IMG/VR virus record: IMGVR_UViG_3300010373_000011
Coordinates: 1 to 60,522 of that record
Origin: a virus
Lineage: Duplodnaviria > Caudoviricetes
DNA length: 60,522 bases
Reading direction: 5' to 3' (one strand)
The stretch's first letter is position 1. Each line of letters starts with the position of its first letter. Below are positions 53,681-60,522 of the stretch, in pieces. The notes under the pieces were generated by a model that was not told the origin of the DNA, searched no databases, and was given only the letters and a program-made list of their open reading frames with translations. Made by a program: the position numbers and the translations under genes.

Positions 53681-54733
53681 ATGCCAACTACAGTCGTCAA
53701 AACAATTGGGGCGACCTCTTCGCCGACCACCCCTGACTACACTTCGCTGGCCGCATGGAAAGCAGGGTGCCCGGCGAATCTTGTCACCGCAGATGAAATC
53801 TGGGAAGGGCAATGCCTCAATCAGGGCGAGTTCACTTCGGCGAGCACCCTACTGACACTCTCCGGAATTACGACAGATGCGACTCGATTCGTTCGGCTCA
53901 CCACGGCGGCAGGTGCGTCGTTTCGAGATAATGCGGGGGTTCGCACCAACCCACTCAACTACGATGCAACGAAGGGCGTCGGCATCCGGTGCACCGGCGC
54001 GTACACCATTGCAATTTCGGCGGCAGCAATTGCGAACTGCGAATTTGACAACCTACAAATCGAGGCCTCGTCGAACTCAGCCTCAGACATAATCGACTTC
54101 TCATCATCGGCAGCGGCTACGCTCACGATGAAGGATTGCTTAGTTGTAAGCAAAGCAACGGGACGTTCTTGCGTAAATTCAAGTAACTTTAGTAATACAT
54201 TCATCGCGTATAACTCGCTCTTTGTAGCAACTTCGGCGACGGTTTCGCCGCTAGCCACGATTGCCTGCACAGTGAACGTCATTGGCTGCACCGTAATCTC
54301 CAAAAGCGGCGTCAGCCCGATCACAGCCAACCCCTACGTGACCCCGACGGTTATTGACACGGCGATGTTCGGCGGCGGCTCGGCAACGAAGGCGCTTAGT
54401 GTCGGGTCGGCTAGTCTCGCCTCGTGCAACCACAATGCGACCGATAGCGCCACCGCCGTTGGAAGCGCGAACCAAACGAGTTTGACATTCGCCTCACAGT
54501 TCGTTTCGACGACAACCGATTTCCGGGCGGCGTCCGGCGGTGCGCTGCCGAACAACGGCGCAACAAACAGCAATATCCTCGTTGACATTTCCGGCACGAC
54601 ACGGAGCCTTACAACACCGACGATTGGATGCTGGGAAGTCACCTCACCGCCCCCGCCTTCCGTTAACTTTCGAACTTCGCTATCCGGGATTGGCGGCCGC
54701 GCCGGCGCTCGGCAATTGCAGGCGAGGAACTAA
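53681..54733 (+). CDS. Beta-helix-like tail spike/fibre protein
   Basis: DYTSLAAW, Ser/Thr/Asn-rich, VDISGTTR...TIGCWE. Confidence 0.65.
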   Translation: MPTTVVKTIGATSSPTTPDYTSLAAWKAGCPANLVTADEIWEGQCLNQGEFTSASTLLTLSGITTDATRFVRLTTAAGASFRDNAGVRTNPLNYDATKGVGIRCTGAYTIAISAAAIANCEFDNLQIEASSNSASDIIDFSSSAAATLTMKDCLVVSKATGRSCVNSSNFSNTFIAYNSLFVATSATVSPLATIACTVNVIGCTVISKSGVSPITANPYVTPTVIDTAMFGGGSATKALSVGSASLASCNHNATDSATAVGSANQTSLTFASQFVSTTTDFRAASGGALPNNGATNSNILVDISGTTRSLTTPTIGCWEVTSPPPPSVNFRTSLSGIGGRAGARQLQARN

Positions 54734-57700
54734 ATGTCCTACCCGATCAAACAATCCTCGACGCAAGCGCCGCTCCTGTTTTTCATGACGCTCTCGAGCG
54801 ATCATATCACAGGCGCAACCGGTCTTTCGCCGACCGTGACGATCAGCAAGGCGGGCGGTTCTTTCGCTTCCCCATCGGGTACGGTTTCCGAGATTGCAAA
54901 CGGCTGGTACAAGGTGGCGGGCAATGCGACGGATACGGGTACGCTTGGTCCGATCGCTCTCCATGCGACCGCAGCAACCGCTGACCCATGCGATTTGATA
55001 GCGGGAATGGTAGTTGCCTACGATCCTCAGGACGCGGTGCACCTCGGGTTGTCAGCATTGCCGAATACCGCTTGTACCACGAATGCTTCGTTGCTCACGA
55101 GCGGAACCGGCACGGATCAGCTTTCGGTATCCGCCGGCAAAGTACTCCTCCAGGCCACGCAAACGGGTGTCACCATTCCCACAGTTACAACTGTTACCAA
55201 CCAACTCACGGCGGCGGCCATCGCTACGGGTGTGTGGCAGGATACGACCTCGGGCGATTTCACGGTCGCGTCGTCCATCGGGAAATCGCTCTATACCTCG
55301 GGGAATGCTCCCGGTGCGGCCTCGGGCATCGCACTGGTCGGTTCGAATATGGGAACGGTGTCGAGCGTTACGGGTTCGGTGGGATCGGTGACCGGGGCGG
55401 TTGGTTCGGTTGCATCTGGGGGCATCTCCCGCGCCTCGTTCACCGCCGATTCCGGTTTGCAGTCCGTCCGCTCGAACACGGCTGCGGCTGGCGCGTCCAC
55501 GACAATCACCCTCGATGCCTCGGCATCGGCTACCGACAATTTCTATCGCGGCTCGCTAATCTATCTCACAGGTGGAACGGGTGCGGGCCAATATCGGCTT
55601 TGCACGGGATACGTCGGTTCAACGAAGGTTGCCACAATCGTACCCGCATGGGTTACCAATCCCGACAATACAACAACATTCGCAATCGAAGCGGCAGGCA
55701 TGGTGGATGTGGAATCCATCCTATTCACCGCCTCGGTGGGTGCGGCTGGTTATGTCGGCGTGGATTGGGGGCATGTCAACGCACCGACGACAACGGTTAA
55801 TCTCTCCGGAACAACTGTCGGCACGCTCACGACCTATACCGGCAACACGCCGCAGACGGGGGATTCGTTCGCCCGGATCGGTTCGACGGGTTCGGGGCTT
55901 ACTTCGCTGGCACCCGCCTCGACGGCGCTTTCGACGGCGACCTGGACGGGAACGCTTGCCACAAACCTCGGAACGCTGGCGAGTCATGATCCCGGCGCGA
56001 CTATCGGAACCTCAACTCTCACGCAAACGCAGGTTACCGGTGGGGCATACGCTCTGAACTCCGCGTCGTTCGCGTTCAACTCCGCCTTCGATTTCACTTC
56101 CACCCAGAAGACGAGTATCGGAACGGCGGTAGCAGCTTCGGCCGTGGCCTCGGTTACGGGTAACGTTGGCGGCAACGTTACGGGCTCAGTTGGTTCGATC
56201 GCCTCAGGGGGGATTACACGGGCGTCGTTCGCGGCGGATACGGGGCTCCAGACGATTCGTTCCAATACCGCCCAGGCCGGCGGTTCGACCTCGATTACAC
56301 TCGATGCGGGAGCCTCGGCGACCGATTCCTACTATGTCAACGATCTCATTTTCCTCACCGGCGGAACGGGTGCGGGGCAGTCCCGATTCATTACGGCCTA
56401 CGTCGGCTCGACGAAGGTCGCGACAGTGGACGCCTGGACCACGAACCCCGACAACACGACAACGTTCGCGATTCTCCCGTTCGACTCGATTCCCGGCGCG
56501 ACCGCACCGACCGCGGCCCAGAATGCTACGGCGGTCTGGACCGACCTTCTTTCCGGAAGCGATTTCAGCACGTCGGGCAGTATCGGGGCGCTGCTCAAAT
56601 TGGCGATTCCTGCCGTTGCTCCGGGAGGGGATGGTGGTCTGTTTGTTTCGGGCACCAACGACCATTGCACGATTACCAATAACCTCCTCGTCTCGGGCAC
56701 GACGACCTTTACCGGCGCGGTCGCGGCGAATGGCGGCGTTACCTTCACGAGCAGCTCGGGGGTCGGCTTTGTCATCTCGACAACGCATAGCGGTTCGGCG
56801 GGTATGACCGTGACGGGCAACGGTGCGGCGGACGGATTGACAATTACCTCGGGTTCCGGCGCTACCGGCAATGCCATGACCCTGACCTGTTCAACAACGA
56901 ACGGCGACGGTTTCCATTGCGTCGGTTCCGGTTCGGGAAATGGTATCTATGGCCAAACGGGGACAACCGGAAGTGGAATGCTACTCGTTGGAACTGCCGG
57001 TCTCAAGGCACAAGGAACGGGTGTGGCCGGTATTTATGCAATCTCAACATCATTGAGTGGTGCTGGTATTCGCGCCCAAGCCAACGGTACGGGTTCCGAC
57101 ATTCTGCTCGTCACATCGGGAACCATCGTCAACAGTTCAACCGGAGGAGCTGTCGCTAAAGTCGATATTCAAACGATTAAGACTCAGACTGTTACCTGCG
57201 GAGCGGGGGTAACGATCAACCCCTCCGTCGGCGCGGCTAACGAACTACTCGTTGACGGTTCGGGGTTTGTCACGTTTAACAACACAACCCTTTCCGGATC
57301 GGTTGGAAGTGTTATTGGAACGGTGGGAGGGATCGCGGGTACGACCCAAACCCTCGATGCTCTCCAGACCGCTCTATCGAGTACCCACGGTGCGGGATCG
57401 TGGGTCACGGCGACCGGCTTCGCGACGCCCGCGGATGTTTCCGATTCCACAGCGGCTATCGAGGCTCATGGCGATGCCGCTTGGAGCACGGCGACCGGCT
57501 TCGCGGTGCCTGGTGATGCGATGACCTTGACAAGTGGGGGGTATACAGCTGCTGCGGATGCTCTGCTCGGTCGAAATATCGCGGGCGGCTCTTCTGCGGG
57601 CCGCACGGTAAGTGAAGCCCTGTTCGCCCTCCGGAATAAAGTGGCCATCGCGACAGGCACCATGACCGTTTATTCGACTGACGATACGACGACGGCATGG

Positions 57701-57760
57701 ACGGCGGCGGTAGCGACAGACAATACTGCTGACCCCATCGTGTCGGTCGATCCGAGCTAG
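54734..57760 (+). CDS. Long Thr/Gly/Ser-rich tail fibre protein with duplicated domain
   Basis: 1008 aa; ~95-aa internal repeat. Confidence 0.75.
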   Translation: MSYPIKQSSTQAPLLFFMTLSSDHITGATGLSPTVTISKAGGSFASPSGTVSEIANGWYKVAGNATDTGTLGPIALHATAATADPCDLIAGMVVAYDPQDAVHLGLSALPNTACTTNASLLTSGTGTDQLSVSAGKVLLQATQTGVTIPTVTTVTNQLTAAAIATGVWQDTTSGDFTVASSIGKSLYTSGNAPGAASGIALVGSNMGTVSSVTGSVGSVTGAVGSVASGGISRASFTADSGLQSVRSNTAAAGASTTITLDASASATDNFYRGSLIYLTGGTGAGQYRLCTGYVGSTKVATIVPAWVTNPDNTTTFAIEAAGMVDVESILFTASVGAAGYVGVDWGHVNAPTTTVNLSGTTVGTLTTYTGNTPQTGDSFARIGSTGSGLTSLAPASTALSTATWTGTLATNLGTLASHDPGATIGTSTLTQTQVTGGAYALNSASFAFNSAFDFTSTQKTSIGTAVAASAVASVTGNVGGNVTGSVGSIASGGITRASFAADTGLQTIRSNTAQAGGSTSITLDAGASATDSYYVNDLIFLTGGTGAGQSRFITAYVGSTKVATVDAWTTNPDNTTTFAILPFDSIPGATAPTAAQNATAVWTDLLSGSDFSTSGSIGALLKLAIPAVAPGGDGGLFVSGTNDHCTITNNLLVSGTTTFTGAVAANGGVTFTSSSGVGFVISTTHSGSAGMTVTGNGAADGLTITSGSGATGNAMTLTCSTTNGDGFHCVGSGSGNGIYGQTGTTGSGMLLVGTAGLKAQGTGVAGIYAISTSLSGAGIRAQANGTGSDILLVTSGTIVNSSTGGAVAKVDIQTIKTQTVTCGAGVTINPSVGAANELLVDGSGFVTFNNTTLSGSVGSVIGTVGGIAGTTQTLDALQTALSSTHGAGSWVTATGFATPADVSDSTAAIEAHGDAAWSTATGFAVPGDAMTLTSGGYTAAADALLGRNIAGGSSAGRTVSEALFALRNKVAIATGTMTVYSTDDTTTAWTAAVATDNTADPIVSVDPS

Positions 57761-57770
57761 GGGAACCATC

Positions 57771-58232
57771 ATGGCGGCCGGATGGTTCAGCGGCGTTCCG
57801 CGATGGCTCCTGGGCCGGCTCGGCTCATCCGGGACTACGCCCCCAGCGCCCGTTGCCGGGTTCACCGGCACGCCACTATCGGGCACCGCTCCGCTCACCG
57901 TTGCATTCACAGACACTTCGATTGGCACGATCACTTCTCGCCAGTTCTCGCCCGGCGACGGCACCGGGCCGTTCACCAGCGTTCCCGCAACCCATGCTTA
58001 TGCGAACTCCGGACAGTATTCGCCGAGTCTGACCGTGACGGGGCCGGGCGGCAGCGACACGCTGACTCGCACGGATTACATCACAGTAACGGCCCCGGTT
58101 GTCGATCCGTGGACCGTGAATTGGAATTGGACGGATGAGACGGCGGTAGCGTGGAACTGGACTGACGCGCCGCCACTCGCATGGAACTGGTCCGACTCAT
58201 CTGCTGTGGCGTGGAATTGGGTCGATATGTAG
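57771..58232 (+). CDS. PKD-domain protein with WNW repeats
   Basis: PVAGFTGTPLSGTAPLTVAFTDTS...HAYANSGQYSPSLTVTGPGGSDTLTRTDYITV. Confidence 0.85.
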   Translation: MAAGWFSGVPRWLLGRLGSSGTTPPAPVAGFTGTPLSGTAPLTVAFTDTSIGTITSRQFSPGDGTGPFTSVPATHAYANSGQYSPSLTVTGPGGSDTLTRTDYITVTAPVVDPWTVNWNWTDETAVAWNWTDAPPLAWNWSDSSAVAWNWVDM

Positions 58233-58261
58233 CAGGCAATCGCGCCGCGAAAATCGGGGGC

Positions 58262-58609
58262 ATGGCCACCGCATTCGGACAAATCGCCACGCTCTATCGG
58301 TACGCCGATTCGCAAATCGTCCTGTCGCAAATCACCACCTCCAGCGACCCATCAACCTGGGGGCTGTCCTTCCTCATCGGCCCGGCACCGTTTCCGGACA
58401 ACCCCGGCAGCACCATCCCTACGGCGATCCTTGCCATCACGCCGACCGTCGCAGCTGGGGTTATCACTGTGCCCATCACGCGGGCGCAACTGACCACCGT
58501 GTTGACAGGGCTGCAATACCAGTGTGCCCTCTGGCGGACGGACACCGGGAGCGAGAAGCCGCTGGCGACAGGGACGCTGGGCATTTCGACAGTGCCGACG
58601 CCGCAGTAG
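58262..58609 (+). CDS. Hypothetical structural protein
   Basis: ALWRTDTGSEKPLATG. Confidence 0.6.
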   Translation: MATAFGQIATLYRYADSQIVLSQITTSSDPSTWGLSFLIGPAPFPDNPGSTIPTAILAITPTVAAGVITVPITRAQLTTVLTGLQYQCALWRTDTGSEKPLATGTLGISTVPTPQ

Positions 58610-58640
58610 TGCAGGCAAGAGCGGTCGCATAATTCTCCCC

Positions 58641-59105
58641 ATGATCCTCAGCGACGACGAGCCGAGTCAGGGAGGTGGGATGCTTTCGCCGCTCACGACG
58701 CTAATCGCGGTATTTCTACTCATCTTCGTGCAGGTTTTGTGCATGAAGTACGACCGCGAGGATGCCAGCCTGGTTACTCCGATGATCGCGGCCGTGTTCA
58801 CGATTTTGCTTATCGACCTGCGAGCGCACCAGCAGCAGCAGAAAACCAACAAGCTCGCTCGACGAATCGAAGAATCCGACCGACGAACGGAGAGCAAGGC
58901 CGAGGAAGTGAAAGCCACGGTCGCCCAGTGCAACGCGGAGACGGTGAAGCGAGTCAATTCCGTGGCCAAGGACGTTGCCGAGGTGAAGGAGCAAACGAAC
59001 GGGTTGTTGGATCACAAATTGAATCAGGTGAAGGACGCCGTTGTTGAGGCTGTCAAACCGGTTACTGGCGCGGCAGCGGCGGCACTGTTGCCCCCGAAAA
59101 ACTAA
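58641..59105 (+). CDS. Two-TM coiled-coil protein (holin candidate)
   Basis: Two hydrophobic segments; first gene after the tail block. Confidence 0.5.
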   Translation: MILSDDEPSQGGGMLSPLTTLIAVFLLIFVQVLCMKYDREDASLVTPMIAAVFTILLIDLRAHQQQQKTNKLARRIEESDRRTESKAEEVKATVAQCNAETVKRVNSVAKDVAEVKEQTNGLLDHKLNQVKDAVVEAVKPVTGAAAAALLPPKN

Positions 59106-59172
59106 TCCGAAGAAAAATTCCGGAATTATTTACTTTTTGACCCGTCGCCATTCATATAGTTCCGAAACCAAA

Positions 59173-59481
59173 ATGATCGCCGCCCCACTGATGCGAACGC
59201 GCGTTCGCGCGCGAACATGGCTCACCACCAATAACCGGGATTGGTGGCTGTTTGTCGCGGCGTGCATTGTCGGCATCCCGCTGGATATTTGGCTCGTGAA
59301 CACCGGCCGGGAGAGCATCACCAGCATGGTGACCGAGCAATGTCAGCGGCACGACACGTTGATTGCTCTCGGAATGATGGTGGGGTTGGGGGTGGCGCGG
59401 GCGGTGAAGCGGTACTGGTGGCAGGTGGCGTTGACGCTGGTGGTGACGGGGCATTGTTTTACGGGGCTTGTGGTGCCTTGA
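59173..59481 (+). CDS. Multi-TM membrane protein (holin candidate)
   Basis: Three hydrophobic segments. Confidence 0.5.
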   Translation: MIAAPLMRTRVRARTWLTTNNRDWWLFVAACIVGIPLDIWLVNTGRESITSMVTEQCQRHDTLIALGMMVGLGVARAVKRYWWQVALTLVVTGHCFTGLVVP

Positions 59482-59502
59482 GTGGGTGGGGGGTGGTAAG
59501 GC

Positions 59503-59718
59503 ATGGGAGTCATCGTCATTTTCCTTGTGGTCTTCGCGGTCATTGCCATCGCGTGGGTGTGCGTGCTCATCCCAGGCGCGGCGCGAGCCCAGGCCGAGAT
59601 CAAGGTCCGGGCCGAAGAATCGTTTTGTCCTGTGTGCGACCGGGAGACTGTTGTTGCTCGCGATTGCCGTGCGTGCTGCGACCGCTGCGGATGGCCGCAT
59701 GATACGTTGAGTTTGTGA
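59503..59718 (+). CDS. TM plus zinc-ribbon small protein
   Basis: N-terminal TM; CPVC...CDRCG. Confidence 0.55.
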   Translation: MGVIVIFLVVFAVIAIAWVCVLIPGAARAQAEIKVRAEESFCPVCDRETVVARDCRACCDRCGWPHDTLSL

Positions 59719-59831
59719 GCCATCGTGATGACCGACCATGAATTCCGAACTTGGTGTGAGGCCCATTTATCCGGGCGGGTGCTCGCGGATGTGGCGAGGA
59801 AGGGCATTGAGATAATGGAGCGGATTGCGGA

Positions 59832-60131
59832 ATGTCAACGGAAGCACGACGCATTGCAGCGGATGTATCTGGCATCAATGACCCGCTGTGCCGACATTGC
59901 GGGCAGAAGCCAAGATGTCGGCACGGCAAGGAACACCGCTACCGGCTTTGCTGGTGGTGCCTCCAGCTCCCCGGCGTGAAAGAACTGTATCCGTTCGTGG
60001 ATGATGTCGAGCTTGGAGCGGTGCCCGAGATGACTGATGCGGGGCCGGGGACACCGGAAAAGTTAGCGGTCATGGAACGGCGGGCCGCACGGGGTGAGCA
60101 GATGTTCCATCCCGAAGATGCGAAGCGGTGA
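59832..60131 (+). CDS. Zinc-finger hypothetical protein
   Basis: CRHC...LCWWC; TDAGPGTPEKLAVMERRAARGEQMFHPED. Confidence 0.6.
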   Translation: MSTEARRIAADVSGINDPLCRHCGQKPRCRHGKEHRYRLCWWCLQLPGVKELYPFVDDVELGAVPEMTDAGPGTPEKLAVMERRAARGEQMFHPEDAKR

Positions 60132-60153
60132 AGTAACACACGGTGAGGACTCT

Positions 60154-60273
60154 ATGACCGACTGCTCCGCGTTCCAGCCCGAGGTATTCGCCCTGGTGGT
60201 GGCCGGGTTCGTGCTCGGCGGCGTGGTGGTCGGGTCGGTGATGTGGTTGCGGCGGCAGTTGGAAGGGGAATGA
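60154..60273 (+). CDS. Small single-TM protein (39 aa)
   Basis: GAGG RBS; FALVVAGFVLGGVVVGSVMWL. Confidence 0.55.
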   Translation: MTDCSAFQPEVFALVVAGFVLGGVVVGSVMWLRRQLEGE

Positions 60274-60334
60274 GAGGCTGAGTTCGTTCGTTCGCCCAAT
60301 TCTGAATCACTCAAACCGAAGGGAAGAGGGTTCT

Positions 60335-60522
60335 ATGTCCAGCGTCGTTCTGCATTCTGCGATTCGTCACGGCGGCATTCATTCGCAGCATCGGCCGCTC
60401 GGCCTCCGAAAAACGCCTCGACACAAGCTCGCGGCGGCCACGTCGTTCCGCCCGCTCAAGGCCCCGTCGGATGGCTTCGCGGTCGTGCCGTCGCAATTGT
60501 CCATGTGGGACAACGACCGCGA
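60335..60522 (+). CDS. 5' part of papain-like cysteine peptidase (continues through the join to 1147)
   Basis: ATG at 60335 after GAAGAGGG; MSSVVLHSAIRHGG...FAVVPSQLSMWDNDR is in frame with ORF 86..1147. Confidence 0.75.
   Translation, partial: MSSVVLHSAIRHGGIHSQHRPLGLRKTPRHKLAAATSFRPLKAPSDGFAVVPSQLSMWDNDR
60400..60522. repeat. Terminal direct repeat, right copy
   Basis: Identical to 1-123. Confidence 0.95.

Noticed and set aside
60400-60522. 123-bp repeat as a biological terminal repeat or att site
   Set aside because: It falls in the middle of a gene that reads through the join; best explained as assembler overlap of a circle

Overview
This window is an apparently complete, circularly permuted temperate siphovirus-like genome of about 60.4 kb. 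Bases 1-123 are repeated exactly at 60400-60522, and one gene reads across the join. Several markers point to a Planctomycete, probably Gemmataceae, host: a TIGR02996 protein, an 'LEARDVPA' planctomycete export motif with FG-GAP-like repeats, and planctomycete-style zinc-ribbon and Cys-rich peptides. Modules in order: putative lysis/secreted proteins (58.6 kb across the join to 4.3 kb); a leftward accessory operon containing a type II hammerhead ribozyme; an IS1-family element with 19-bp TIRs, an 8-bp TSD and PIN-toxin passengers; attP (5' half of tRNA-Leu-TAG) and a tyrosine integrase; a divergent switch of small regulators; CsrA and recombination genes; ParB-like and intein-containing SF2 helicase genes; RusA; a DNA-modification cluster with two internally deleted methyltransferases; then terminase, portal, MuF, protease, HK97-type capsid, tail, glycosyltransferase-like and fibre genes. 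The most unusual signals are: a PD-(D/E)XK nuclease-like domain fused to the portal followed by a tiny acidic immunity-like ORF; a homing-endonuclease remnant in an alternative frame inside the mini-intein; a ~300-nt highly structured intergenic RNA candidate in a replication module with no visible primase or initiator; two tRNA-shaped elements with intact elbows but broken anticodon loops; an attP that appears to supply a new 5' half and promoter for the host tRNA; and a tail-chaperone pair in +1 rather than -1 register. All protein family calls come from motif recognition by eye; no database searches were run.
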